Shown: positions 30,590 through 40,938 of the stretch, piece after piece
Numbering within the stretch: position 1 is the stretch's first letter
How the letters are laid out: each line of letters opens with the position of its first letter
From: a bacterium
GTDB taxonomy: Bacteria > UBA8248
DNA length: 64,000 nt
NCBI GenBank assembly: GCA_963692865.2
Contig: OY843592.1
Location: forward strand, 3,424,001-3,488,000
Reading direction: 5' to 3'
Program-made: the position numbers and the translations under genes
The notes under the pieces: generated by a model
What the model was told of the DNA's origin: nothing
Database searches by the model: none
The model's input: only the letters and a program-made list of their open reading frames with translations

Positions 30590-32866
30590 ATGGCTCAGGC
30601 TGAACCGCTTATCCATTCCATTCCGCTCAGCCGGCTGGAACTCGCGCCGGAGAACGTCAGAAAGACCCCGGGCGACCCCGCCGCCTTCGCGGAGCTCAAG
30701 GCCTCCATCGTTGCCCACGGCCTGCTGGAGAACCTGATCGTCAGGGCGGAGGATCCCGGCGAAAGCGGTATCGAGCGCTGCGCCGTGGTCGCCGGCGGAC
30801 GCCGCCTCGCCGCCATGAAGGCCCTGGCGAAAGAGGGCGCTCTCGACGCGGATCACCCCGTACCCTGCCGTGTGATCGAGGCTGCGGAGAACGCAGAAGA
30901 ATTCTCGCTCGCCGAGAACGTGGTGCGCGTCGCCATGCACCCCGCCGACCAGGTCGTCGCGTTCGCGAAGCTTAGCCGTTCGGGGGTATCCGTATCCGCC
31001 ATCGCGGCGCGCTTCGGCGTGACGGAGCGCCTGGTCGAGCAGCGCCTGAGTCTCGGCAACGCCGCGCCCGAACTGCTCGACGCCTACCGGGCCGAAGAGA
31101 TGGACCTGGACACCCTGAAAGCCTTCACGGTCACGACCGACCACGCCCGGCAGATGGCGGTCTGGGAGCAGGTGAAGGAATACGGCTACGGGCCGAGCGG
31201 CTGGCAGGTGAGGCGCATGCTGACGGAGGAGAGGGTGTCCGCCGTCTCGGCCGTGGCGCGCTTCGTGGGAGAAGAAGCGTACGAGGCGGCGGGGGGTACG
31301 CTCACGCGCGACCTGTTCGCGGAAGAGGACGCCCGGGGAATATGGTTCGACGACCCCGCGCTCCTGAACGAACTCGCGGCGGAGAAACTCCGTGCGGCGG
31401 CGGACGAACTGAAGAAGCGCTGGAAGTGGGCCGAGGCGGTGGTCGAGGCCGACTGGAGCGCCATCGCGGGTTTTGGGCGGATAAGCCCCGAGCCGGGCGC
31501 TCCCACCGAGGAGGAGAAAGCCGAGCGGGAGAGGCTGTGGGCCCGCCATGACGAACTCGTCAACATGGACGAGGACGACTGGACCGACGAACTCGCCGAG
31601 GAGGCCGAAGCGCTCGAAGCGCGCCTGCGCGCGATCGACGAGGCCGTGAGCGCGCGGGCCGCGTTCCGGCCGGGCGACTATGAACTGGCGGGCTGCATCG
31701 CGACGGTTGGCCACGACGGCGCGCTCAAGGTCGTCGAGGGCCTCGTGAGGCCCGAGGACATGCCCGAGCGCACGGACGCGGACGAAGCAAACGGCGCCGA
31801 TCCGGGCCGCGTGGACGCGCCGCTCGCGACGCCGGCCGATCCGCGCGCGAAGGTCCGCAAGGAGACGGGGATCGGGATCGGACTCGCCGACGACCAGCGC
31901 GCCGTCCGGACGACGATCGTCAAGGCGTATTTGTCGGGAGACTTCGAGGCGGCCTTCGACCTGACGCTCTTCCAGTTCGTCCAGGCTGCGTTCGCCGATA
32001 ACCACATGGCGGGCTGCCTCGACATCGCCTTCAGGGAGACCGCCGACAGGCCGCCCGCGCGGGCGAACGACGAGGACTTCGCCGCCTGGAGCCCGGGCGA
32101 GGCCATGCTCGCCGAGCTCCCGGGCCTCTCCCTGGACTGGATGGAAAACGAGGACGAAGACGCCGCCTTTGCGGCGATGCGGGCGCTGCCCGAAGCGGAG
32201 AAAAAGGCCCTGTACGCGGCGGCGGTCGCGCGCTCGCTCAAGGGACAGCTCGCCTTCGAGCCGGACGCCCGGCCCGAATTCGAGGCCACGGTCGCCAGGC
32301 TCGATATCGACTTCGCGAAACACGTGCGCCCGTCGGCGGACATGTTCTGGTCGCGCATCACGAAGGACCGCATCCTCGCCATCGCGCGCGCGACGCTGGG
32401 TCCCGTCTGGGCCTCCGCCCGGGCGAAGTACAAGAAGGCGGACCTCGCTCTGGCGATGGAGGAGGCCTTCGCCGCCGACCCGCCCGAAGGACTGAAAGAA
32501 AAGGCGCACGCCGCCGCACTCGCCTGGACGCCGCCCGGGTTCGCGCCCTTCGACACCGGCCGGGTGGGGGAGGCCGTGGAGGAAGACCCGCCGGACGAAG
32601 AACCCGAAACGGAAGCCAATGACGGCGAGACGCCCGATGCCGCCTCCGGCGACGCTCCCACCGACGCGGAATCCGGCCCCGCCGCAGACGATACCGAGGG
32701 GGGAGACGCCCCGGAGGGCGGGGAACTCGCCCGGGCAATCGATGCGATGAACGCGGTTCCCACCGCGGACGGGAGTCCCAGGGTGATCGTGCAGGGATTC
32801 GACTCGGCGGACGCCCTCGTAAACGGCGAGGGGACCGATATCCCGGAGTTCCTACGCGGGAACTGA
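30590..32866 (+). CDS. ParB/RepB/Spo0J family protein (long, plasmid leading-region type)
   Basis: ENVRK, GLLENL, VVAGGRR, SLAEN..R..MHPAD; AGGAGG RBS. Confidence 0.9.
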   Translation: MAQAEPLIHSIPLSRLELAPENVRKTPGDPAAFAELKASIVAHGLLENLIVRAEDPGESGIERCAVVAGGRRLAAMKALAKEGALDADHPVPCRVIEAAENAEEFSLAENVVRVAMHPADQVVAFAKLSRSGVSVSAIAARFGVTERLVEQRLSLGNAAPELLDAYRAEEMDLDTLKAFTVTTDHARQMAVWEQVKEYGYGPSGWQVRRMLTEERVSAVSAVARFVGEEAYEAAGGTLTRDLFAEEDARGIWFDDPALLNELAAEKLRAAADELKKRWKWAEAVVEADWSAIAGFGRISPEPGAPTEEEKAERERLWARHDELVNMDEDDWTDELAEEAEALEARLRAIDEAVSARAAFRPGDYELAGCIATVGHDGALKVVEGLVRPEDMPERTDADEANGADPGRVDAPLATPADPRAKVRKETGIGIGLADDQRAVRTTIVKAYLSGDFEAAFDLTLFQFVQAAFADNHMAGCLDIAFRETADRPPARANDEDFAAWSPGEAMLAELPGLSLDWMENEDEDAAFAAMRALPEAEKKALYAAAVARSLKGQLAFEPDARPEFEATVARLDIDFAKHVRPSADMFWSRITKDRILAIARATLGPVWASARAKYKKADLALAMEEAFAADPPEGLKEKAHAAALAWTPPGFAPFDTGRVGEAVEEDPPDEEPETEANDGETPDAASGDAPTDAESGPAADDTEGGDAPEGGELARAIDAMNAVPTADGSPRVIVQGFDSADALVNGEGTDIPEFLRGN

Positions 32867-32887
32867 CCCGCAATTACGTCCAGAACG

Positions 32888-32921
32888 GCGCCCCGCGGCA
32901 CTCGCTGCGGGGCGCTTTTTT
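32888..32921 (+). terminator. Rho-independent terminator
   Basis: GCGCCCCGCGGC-ACTC-GCTGCGGGGCGC followed by a T run. Confidence 0.75.
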
Positions 32922-32949
32922 CGTTTTCACGCCAAAGGGAGTCCATGAC

Positions 32950-34659
32950 ATGAACGATACAACGAATGCCGCGTCGCACTCCGGGCGGATCCGCGCCCGC
33001 ATCCACGAGGGCGCTCTTCATCGCGTCACGAGGATGTATACGGCAGGCCTCGCCGACGTCTTCACCGAGGCGCTGCAGAACAGCCGCCGCGCGGGGGCGA
33101 CGCGCCTGCGCGTCACCACCCATGAGGCGTCCGGCGCGCAGGCCGTCACCATCACCGACGACGGGGCCGGGATCGCCGACCCCGCCGTGCTCCTCTCCTT
33201 CGGCGAGAACGGCTGGAGCGAGGAACTGGTGCGGCGCGAGGACGCGGCCGGGATGGGGTTCCTGAGCCTGGCGCGCCGCGGCTGCGCGGTCGCGTCGAGG
33301 ACGCGCTCCCTCGCCGGCTGGCGCGTCGACCTCACACCCGCCCATTTCCTGGGAGAGGCGGAGGCGGACGTCCTCCCCGACGAGGATGCGCCCCTGCCCC
33401 ACGGGACGGCGGTGCGCTTCCATACGGAAGAGAATCGAGAGGTCATCCGGCGCGCGCTCGAGAACGCGGCCCGGCACTACCCGCTCCCGGTAACGCTTGA
33501 CGGCGAGGTCCTCCCGCGCCGGAACTTCCTCGGAAACGCCGTCCATACGGAATCCTGGCGCGGCCTCGTCTTCGGCGTCCTGAACAGCGGAAGCCGCTAC
33601 CGCGACGAACCCGATCTCAACTTCCACGGCCTGATCCTGCCGATTCACCTGCCCACGGTCCATCCCGTAGACGGCCCGGCCTGGTCGGTGCGCGCCGACG
33701 TCGAGGATTGTCCGGAGCTCGAGCTCGTCCTGCCGGCGCGCAAGGAAGCGGTCGAGACGCCCTTCCTGGAGGAGATGCGAGAGGCCGCCCGTACCGCGAT
33801 CTACCGGGCGATGGCCAAGGCCGATCCCGTGCCCGTCGTCGCATTCGGGGAGTGGACGCGCGCGCGGGCGGCAGGCGTCGAACTGCCGGAACCGGCGCCC
33901 GCGCTGCGCCCCTGGCGGCCTCCCGTCGCCGATATCGACAACTGGCTCGCGGGACCCTCGCCCGAACCCCTGCCCGAAGACGCGCTCGTGATGGATGCGG
34001 ACATCGAACCCCCCGAGGCGCAGGCGCTCTGGCGCGCCGCCGAGCGCGGCGGGACGGCGCCGAGGCTCTTCGAGGCCGACCGCCGCTTCGAGGGATATGA
34101 CTGGTACGACGCGCTCCCCCGGGTCAAGGACGTACACACCGATGTCGCGCTCGGCGGCGAGGCCCGTCCGCTCGCGGATTTTCAGGCCCCGCCCGATCGG
34201 TCGGGTCCCTCCAACGAGCCGCTCCCGAGGCCGGACGCGATCCGCATGCGTCTCGACGTCGACCACCCGGACGGCACGACCGAGACCATCGCGCTCGACG
34301 CCGATCTCGCCTTCGCCGGCGAGGCATGGGCCTGGCTCGCGGACGTGCGGCCGCTGGTCACGGCGGACAGCGCCATCGAGGCGGCCGAACTCGCCGACCT
34401 CCTGCGCGACGCCTGGTTTTCGCCGTCGGACGAAGCGGACGCGGACAGCTGGGAAACGCAGCGCGCGCGGTTCGAGGAGGAAGCCCTGCACCTGGCCATC
34501 GGCCTCCTGTGCTCGGAAGAGGAGGCGCTCAGGCGCACGATCTCCTGCGCGGTGCGGCGCGAGCTGTTCTGGCTCATCCCCCGCGAGCGTGCGGTCACCA
34601 TCACCGTGCGAGGCGGAAAGATCGGCGTCGACTTCGCTGAAGGGGAGGACGTCCGATGA
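32950..34659 (+). CDS. GHKL (HATPase_c-like) ATP-binding protein
   Basis: EALQNSRRAGA (N box), DDGAGI (G1), GMGF (G2). Confidence 0.8.
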   Translation: MNDTTNAASHSGRIRARIHEGALHRVTRMYTAGLADVFTEALQNSRRAGATRLRVTTHEASGAQAVTITDDGAGIADPAVLLSFGENGWSEELVRREDAAGMGFLSLARRGCAVASRTRSLAGWRVDLTPAHFLGEAEADVLPDEDAPLPHGTAVRFHTEENREVIRRALENAARHYPLPVTLDGEVLPRRNFLGNAVHTESWRGLVFGVLNSGSRYRDEPDLNFHGLILPIHLPTVHPVDGPAWSVRADVEDCPELELVLPARKEAVETPFLEEMREAARTAIYRAMAKADPVPVVAFGEWTRARAAGVELPEPAPALRPWRPPVADIDNWLAGPSPEPLPEDALVMDADIEPPEAQALWRAAERGGTAPRLFEADRRFEGYDWYDALPRVKDVHTDVALGGEARPLADFQAPPDRSGPSNEPLPRPDAIRMRLDVDHPDGTTETIALDADLAFAGEAWAWLADVRPLVTADSAIEAAELADLLRDAWFSPSDEADADSWETQRARFEEEALHLAIGLLCSEEEALRRTISCAVRRELFWLIPRERAVTITVRGGKIGVDFAEGEDVR

Positions 34660-35138
34660 AAAAGTCCTGGACCGTCCGGTGCGGGTACGCGGCCCGCTTC
34701 GCCGATACGGTCACCGTGGAAGCGGAGACCTTGGAAGAAGCGCTGGAAAAGGCCGTCGAGAACGCCAGGACCGATGAGGATTGGCGGGAGACCGGTGATT
34801 GCAGCGACATATTCGTGGACGCCGTCTGTGAGGGCGTCCATGCCGATCCCGGAGATCCGGACGTGGCCTGGCCGGTCCCCGACCGGTTCACCGAGCGGGG
34901 CGAGCCGCCGATCATTACCCTGACCGACCCCTGCCTCCCGGGCGGCGCCGTCGAGGTGTCCCGGGGGCGGGTCCTGCTCCGCTTCGAGACACCCGGCGCC
35001 ACGCTCACGAACGAGATATCCGATCCGCCCCACCCGCGCGGCAACAAGCCGCTCGTGACGATCCGCCGCCGCGCCGACGGGGCGCCCGGCATCACCGTGA
35101 CCGGGGGCCGGGCGCGGATCCGGGTTCTCGGCTTCTGA
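34656..35138 (+). CDS. Hypothetical protein
   Basis: ATGA overlap with the upstream gene, GGAGG RBS, normal composition. Confidence 0.7.
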   Translation: MKKSWTVRCGYAARFADTVTVEAETLEEALEKAVENARTDEDWRETGDCSDIFVDAVCEGVHADPGDPDVAWPVPDRFTERGEPPIITLTDPCLPGGAVEVSRGRVLLRFETPGATLTNEISDPPHPRGNKPLVTIRRRADGAPGITVTGGRARIRVLGF

Positions 35139-35192
35139 GCCCCGCGCAGACTCGCCGTTCCACATCCGTCTTTCACATAAAGGAGAACGCCG

Positions 35193-35576
35193 ATGGAACT
35201 CGTCACACCTGAGCAGCGCGAAAGGCTGCTCGCCAACGGCGCGCAGCGCGGCGCCGACCACGTGCCCGTTCTCAAGCTGTTCAACCCCTGCGGCGCAGGG
35301 ACCTGGCTCCTCACGGAACTCGACCCCGAGGATGAGTCCATAGCGTTCGGACTCGCGGACTTAGGTTTCGGCACACCGGAGATCGGGAGCTTCAGCCTCT
35401 GTGAACTCGAAGCCTTCCAGGGGCCCTTCGGCCTGGGAATAGAGCGCGACCTGTACTTCGAGGGGAAGTTCACCCTCGCCGTCTACGCCGAGGCCGCCCG
35501 CGCGGCGGGACGGGTCGTCGAATACGGCTCCGAACTCGACGCAGCCGGGCGCAGGAGCACCACGGCCTGCGGCTGA
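35193..35576 (+). CDS. DUF2958 domain protein
   Basis: PVLKLFNP...TWLLTE...FGLADLG.G.PEIG...IERDLYF. Confidence 0.88.
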   Translation: MELVTPEQRERLLANGAQRGADHVPVLKLFNPCGAGTWLLTELDPEDESIAFGLADLGFGTPEIGSFSLCELEAFQGPFGLGIERDLYFEGKFTLAVYAEAARAAGRVVEYGSELDAAGRRSTTACG

Positions 35577-35611
35577 CCTGTCCGTTTTCCGTACACATTC
35601 TGGAGAGAACC

Positions 35612-35929
35612 ATGCCCGACACCGAATCCCGGACTGCGAGCAAACACCCCATGGACCCACGTCGCGGGGAGGGTCTTTCCCCGATGTTTCAGGCCTTTCT
35701 CTGCTGGCTGCTGGAACTGCCGCCCGTGACGGAACCCGTCATCACGGGCGTCGCCCTCGCGGGGGACAGCGTCCTCGCGGCCACGGACAGCGATCCCTTC
35801 TTCAACGCGCACCTCGGCAGTCTCACCGACTTCGAGCGCAACATCCGGGGCTGGGGAGAGGCCTGCGGCGCCGACGCCGCCACGGTCGAGGGCCTCGTCA
35901 CGAAATTTCGCAGCGCCGGCCGGACCTGA
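35612..35929 (+). CDS. Hypothetical protein
   Basis: GGAG RBS, co-oriented in the operon. Confidence 0.6.
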   Translation: MPDTESRTASKHPMDPRRGEGLSPMFQAFLCWLLELPPVTEPVITGVALAGDSVLAATDSDPFFNAHLGSLTDFERNIRGWGEACGADAATVEGLVTKFRSAGRT

Positions 35930-36047
35930 TCCGCATTCGCGCCGGACAGAGGGCGAGTCCGGCCAGGCCGGGGCGTCCGGGAGGTTCCGGGGGAGCGATC
36001 CCCCGGGGACGGCCTCCCCCATTCCCACGACATCCGAGGAGAGAGCC

Positions 36048-39000
36048 ATGTCGCAAGCCCTGACGGCGGAGGTGCGTCCGCACGCCGCCCGCTCCACAGC
36101 GCCGAACGCATCCGAGGCGCTCTACGAAGCGGCCCGGGCCCTGCTGCCCGTCCTGGCGGCCGGTCGTCCGCTCGACAAGAACGCGCTGCGCGACGCCATG
36201 ACGGGCGCCTTCAGCGCCACCGACGCCGAGGGCGCCTGGGTCTGGAAGGACGCCTACGAGGCGGCGGAAGCCGCCGTCGTGCTCTTCCTTAAGCGCTACG
36301 GACGGGCCATGCGCCAAAGGGCCGGGGCCGGAGCGGAGGGTCCCTCCGCCATGCTGGCCATGCTGGAAAGACTGGCCGCGCTGGAACCCTCCCACACCAG
36401 GCGCTCGGAAGACCAGGTTCGCCTGCAGCAGTTCTCGACCCCGCTCGGCATCGCCTACGCCGCGGTGCGGGCGGCGGCGCTCCGGACAGGCGACGCCGTT
36501 CTGGAGCCCTCCGCCGGGACCGGGATGCTGGCCGTGATGGCGCAGTGCGCGCTCGGGAACGAGAACTCGCTTCACCTGAACGAGATCGCGAACACGCGCG
36601 CCGGCCTCCTCGCCCGCCTGTTCCCCGGGGCAAGCGTCACCCGCCACGACGCGGAAGCCGTCGCCGACCGCCTCCCGGGAGTCCGGCCGGACGTCGTGCT
36701 CATGAACCCGCCGTTCTCGGCGACGCCGGGCGTCGCCCGGGTACGTCATGACGCGGACCTCCGGCATCTGCGCTCGGCGTTTTCAGCGCTGGCGCCGGGC
36801 GGGCGCCTGGTCGCCGTCACCTCGGCGGGCTGCCTCCCGGGCGATGCGGCTTGGAGAACCGCCTTCTCGTCCGTGGAAGCGCCCGCCCGCATCGTCTTCA
36901 CGACGGCGATCGACGGGCGCGCCTACGCGAGACGGGGCACGACGTTCGACACGCGCCTCACCGTGATCGACAGAAGCAACGAACCCGGTATCGAGGTCGA
37001 CCCCCAGGCCCGCGTGATGGACGCAGCCGAACTGCTCGACGCGGTCACGGCGCGGGTTCCGCCGCGCATGGCGCACGAACCCGCCGCCGGGACGCCAGCG
37101 CCGGACGTCCCGCTCCGCGATCTTTTCGGCGAGCAGGCGGCGCCCGGGACGAAAGCGCGCAAGACCGGGGTGAGGGAGGGCGCGCGGCCGGCGCCCGGGC
37201 CGGCCCGCGACTTAGGCTCCGTCTCGGAGCTCGCATACGAGGCGGCCCCGCCGTGCGGCGAGGACGAGACGGCGGGCCCCTACGCGCCATGGCGGCCGAG
37301 CGTCGCCTCCGTCCCGGGCGCTGTGGCGCATCCCACGCCCCTCGTCCAGTCCGCCGCCATGGCCGCCGTCGCGCACCCCGCGCCCACGCACCGCCCGCTG
37401 CTGCCCGAACGCGTCGTGACCGAGGGGCTGCTCTCCGACGCCCAGCTCGAGAGCGTCGTCCTGGCCGGCGAGGCCCACGGCCGCCATCTCTCCGCCCGCT
37501 ACCGGGTCGGCGCCGGCTGGGAGACGGTCCGCCGCTGCGAGGAGGACGATACCGCTGAGGAGACCGTCACCGAGGACGGCGAAGTCCTATCGGCGCCGGT
37601 CCGGTTCCGCCGCGGCTGGATGCTGGGCGACGGCACCGGGTGCGGCAAGGGACGCCAGGTCGCGGCCGTCATCCTCGACAACCTGCTCCGCGGGCGAAAG
37701 AGGGCGCTCTGGCTCTCGGCCTCGGCCAACCTGCTGGAAGACGCGCGCCGTGACTGGGCCGCGCTGGGGGGGCGCGATGAGGACGTGATCCCCCTGGGCA
37801 ACTTCCGCCAGGGGGCCGGTATCCCGCACGAGAGCGGGATCCTGTTCGCGACCTACGCCACGCTGCGCGCGCCGGCCCGGGAGGGCAAGGCCTCGCGGCT
37901 CGATCAGGTGGTCGCCTGGCTCGCAGGTGGTCTCGACGAGGAAGACCGCCACGGGTATGAGGGCGTGATCGTCTTCGACGAGTCCCACGCCATGGCGAAC
38001 GCGGCGGGGTCGAAGGGATCCCGGGGCGCCGTCAAACCCTCCGCCCAGGGACGGGCGGGACTCAGGCTCCAGCGCGCGCTCCCCGGCGCCCGGGTGCTCT
38101 ACGTCTCGGCCACCGGCGCCACCACCGTGACCGGCCTCGCCTACGCGGGACGCCTGGGGCTCTGGGGCGCGGGCGAGACCCCCTTCGAGAACCGGGAGGA
38201 ATTCGTCGCGGCGATGGAGGCGGGCGGCGTCGCCGCCATGGAGGTGGTCGCCCGCGACTTGAAGGCCCTGGGTCTCTACCAGGCGCGGGCGCTTTCGTAT
38301 AAAGGGATCGAGGTCGACATCCTCGAACACCCGCTGAGTCCCGAGCAGCGGCGCATCTACGACGCCTACGCCGGCGCCTTCAAGGTCATCCACGCCAACC
38401 TGCACGACGCCCTCGAGGCCACCGGCATCATGCAGGGCGAGGAGACCCTGAACCGTAACGCGAAATCCGCCGCGCTCTCCGCCTTCGAGGGCGCCAAGCA
38501 GCGCTTCTTCGGCCACCTCCTGACCTCCATGAAGTGTCCCTCGCTCATCCGCGCCGTGGAGAGCGACCTGGAAGCCAGCCGCTCGGCCGTGATCCAGCTC
38601 GTCTCCACGGGCGAGGCCCTGATGGAACGGCGAATCGCGGAGATCCCGCCCGCCGAATGGGACGACCTCTCGATCGACTTGACGCCGAGGGAATACGTGC
38701 TCGACTTCCTCGCCCACGCCTTCCCGGTGCAGTTGCAGGAGCCCTTCACCGACGAGGAGGGGAACCTCATGAGCCGGCCCGCCGTCGACGGGGATGGGAA
38801 CCCCGTCCTCTCGCAGGAGGCCCTGGCAAAGCGAGATGCGCTCATTGCGAAGCTGGCGTCGCTGCCGCCCGTGCCCGCGGCGCTGGATCAGATCGTGCAC
38901 CGCTTCGGCCACGACGCCGTGGCCGAGGTGACGGGCCGCTCCCGGAGGGTGCTCCGGGTCGAGGACGCCCAAGGTGAGCGGCTCGCCTTGCGCCCGCGAC

Positions 39001-40487
39001 CGGCCTCGGCCTCACTCGCCGAGACGGCGGCCTTCATGGACGGCGAGAAGCGGATCCTGGTCTTCTCGATGGCCGGGGGCACGGGGCGCAGCTACCACGC
39101 CGATCTCTCCGCCGCCAACACGCAGCGCCGGGTCCACTACCTGCTGGAGCCCGGCTGGCGGGCGGATATGGCGATACAGGGCCTGGGTCGCACCCACAGG
39201 ACGCACCAGGCTTCGGCCCCTCTGTTCCGGCCCGTTACCACCGACGTGAAGGGCGAGCGGCGCTTCATCGCCACCATCGCGCGGAGGCTCGATTCCCTGG
39301 GCGCCATCACCCGGGGCCAGCGCGACTCGCAGACCGCCATGGCCGGGAGCGAGGCCACGCTCTTCCGCGCCGCCGACAATCTCGAGAGCCCTTACGCCCG
39401 CGCTGCGCTGCGCCTGCTGTACGGGGCGCTCTGGCGAGGCGGGGTCCCCGGCTGGCCGCTGGAGCGTTTCGAGGAGGCGACCGGCTTGAAACTCACCTAC
39501 GAGGGAGCGCTCAAGGAGGACCTCCCTCCCATGCCGAGGTTCCTGAACCGCCTGCTCGCGCTTCCCATCGACGAGCAGAACGCGCTGTTCGCCGAACTCG
39601 AATCCCGCGTCGAGTCCAACATCGAGGCGGCCGTCGAGGCGGGGACGTACGAGGTCGGCGTCGAGACCCTGATCGCCGACTCGCTCACGGCCACAGGCCG
39701 CGAGACGCTCTACACCCACCCAGGTACCGGAGCTGCGACAGGCCTCGTCGAGGTCCTCCGCCGCGACCGGCTCGTGCCGACGACGGCCGAGGCCGCGCTC
39801 GATGCGGCCGCGAAGGCCGGCGCGCCTGCGCTCCTCGTCAACGCGCGCTCGAAACGCGCGGCCGTCCTCCTATCCGCGCCCTCGATGCTGTTCGACGACG
39901 GGGGCGTGCAGGAACGCGTAAGGCTCCTGAGACCCGCCGTCCGCGAGGGAATGGCTAGGGCCGAACTCGATGCCTCGAACTGGCGCGAGGCCGAAGAGTC
40001 CGAGTGGCGCGCCCTGTGGGAGGCCGAAGTCGCCGGCCTGCCGTCGCACACCGAATCGCGCTTCTGGCTCGTGACGGGGCTCCTCCTGCCGGTCTGGGAC
40101 CGGCTGGGGGCCGAGAACATGCGGGTGCGGCGCCTCGCCACCGACGAGGGAGAGGCGATGATCGGACGCGCCTTGGACGCTGGCGGCGTCCGGGCCGTGC
40201 GCGCCGCCTTCGGGCTCGACGGGGGGCCGTCTCTCGGCGCGGATGAGGCCTTCGACGCCGTCATGGGACGCGGCGAGGTGCTGCTCCTCGCGAACGGCTG
40301 GCGCCTCGCGCGCCGCCGCGTCATGGGGGCGCAGCGCCTGGAGATCGAAGGCCCCGACGACCGCCGGCTCACGGCCCTCAAGCGCGCGGGCTGCACGGTC
40401 GAGATCGTCTCCTGGAGAGCGCGCGTCTTCGCGCCCGACGCCTCCGTTCTCGCCCGCGTTCTCGAAGACCGCCCTCTCGCGGACTGA
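36048..40487 (+). CDS. N6-adenine methyltransferase-like domain fused to a Strawberry-notch-type SF2 helicase
   Basis: QQFSTP, LEPSAGTG, MNPPF; GDGTGCGKG, FDESH, SATGA, QGLGRTHR. Confidence 0.9.
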   Translation: MSQALTAEVRPHAARSTAPNASEALYEAARALLPVLAAGRPLDKNALRDAMTGAFSATDAEGAWVWKDAYEAAEAAVVLFLKRYGRAMRQRAGAGAEGPSAMLAMLERLAALEPSHTRRSEDQVRLQQFSTPLGIAYAAVRAAALRTGDAVLEPSAGTGMLAVMAQCALGNENSLHLNEIANTRAGLLARLFPGASVTRHDAEAVADRLPGVRPDVVLMNPPFSATPGVARVRHDADLRHLRSAFSALAPGGRLVAVTSAGCLPGDAAWRTAFSSVEAPARIVFTTAIDGRAYARRGTTFDTRLTVIDRSNEPGIEVDPQARVMDAAELLDAVTARVPPRMAHEPAAGTPAPDVPLRDLFGEQAAPGTKARKTGVREGARPAPGPARDLGSVSELAYEAAPPCGEDETAGPYAPWRPSVASVPGAVAHPTPLVQSAAMAAVAHPAPTHRPLLPERVVTEGLLSDAQLESVVLAGEAHGRHLSARYRVGAGWETVRRCEEDDTAEETVTEDGEVLSAPVRFRRGWMLGDGTGCGKGRQVAAVILDNLLRGRKRALWLSASANLLEDARRDWAALGGRDEDVIPLGNFRQGAGIPHESGILFATYATLRAPAREGKASRLDQVVAWLAGGLDEEDRHGYEGVIVFDESHAMANAAGSKGSRGAVKPSAQGRAGLRLQRALPGARVLYVSATGATTVTGLAYAGRLGLWGAGETPFENREEFVAAMEAGGVAAMEVVARDLKALGLYQARALSYKGIEVDILEHPLSPEQRRIYDAYAGAFKVIHANLHDALEATGIMQGEETLNRNAKSAALSAFEGAKQRFFGHLLTSMKCPSLIRAVESDLEASRSAVIQLVSTGEALMERRIAEIPPAEWDDLSIDLTPREYVLDFLAHAFPVQLQEPFTDEEGNLMSRPAVDGDGNPVLSQEALAKRDALIAKLASLPPVPAALDQIVHRFGHDAVAEVTGRSRRVLRVEDAQGERLALRPRPASASLAETAAFMDGEKRILVFSMAGGTGRSYHADLSAANTQRRVHYLLEPGWRADMAIQGLGRTHRTHQASAPLFRPVTTDVKGERRFIATIARRLDSLGAITRGQRDSQTAMAGSEATLFRAADNLESPYARAALRLLYGALWRGGVPGWPLERFEEATGLKLTYEGALKEDLPPMPRFLNRLLALPIDEQNALFAELESRVESNIEAAVEAGTYEVGVETLIADSLTATGRETLYTHPGTGAATGLVEVLRRDRLVPTTAEAALDAAAKAGAPALLVNARSKRAAVLLSAPSMLFDDGGVQERVRLLRPAVREGMARAELDASNWREAEESEWRALWEAEVAGLPSHTESRFWLVTGLLLPVWDRLGAENMRVRRLATDEGEAMIGRALDAGGVRAVRAAFGLDGGPSLGADEAFDAVMGRGEVLLLANGWRLARRRVMGAQRLEIEGPDDRRLTALKRAGCTVEIVSWRARVFAPDASVLARVLEDRPLAD

Positions 40488-40585
40488 ACCCGCGCCCCCG
40501 CCGGCCCGCATACGTATGGCCGTCCTGCAGACGGCTTTCGCCGGGGGGCGCTCCATTGTCTTCATCATGCAAGGGAGAACAAACC

Positions 40586-40846
40586 GTGACCTCACAGACA
40601 CTGCCGGAAAACCCCGACTTCGCCTTCTGCCCGGCCTACGGTCCGGCCGACGCGCCGCAGGAGATACGGCTCGTCATCGACGGAATGACCGGGTGCATCC
40701 CCACCGCCCTGCTCGCCCTGACCCTGGAAGACGCCGAGAACTTCTGCGATCGCCTGAACGCCCGGCTCGGGATGGACCGGGAGGCATGGTCCGCCCTGGC
40801 CGCGCGCTCGATGGGACAGGCGCAGGACGGCGAGACCGCCGGTTGA
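40586..40846 (+). CDS. Hypothetical protein
   Basis: GGGAG then GTG start, co-oriented. Confidence 0.55.
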   Translation: MTSQTLPENPDFAFCPAYGPADAPQEIRLVIDGMTGCIPTALLALTLEDAENFCDRLNARLGMDREAWSALAARSMGQAQDGETAG

Positions 40847-40938
40847 GCCGCCCTCGCCGCAATGCAGCCGGCCCGGTGATGCCGGAGGACGTTCACGCGC
40901 CGGCTCTTTTTCTTTCCGTTATCGAGAGGAGGTCCGCC

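Noticed and set aside
31678-34491. 937-aa minus-strand ORF and the many other long antisense ORFs in the GC-rich region
   Set aside because: Shadow frames of well-supported genes in high-GC DNA, with no recognisable motifs.
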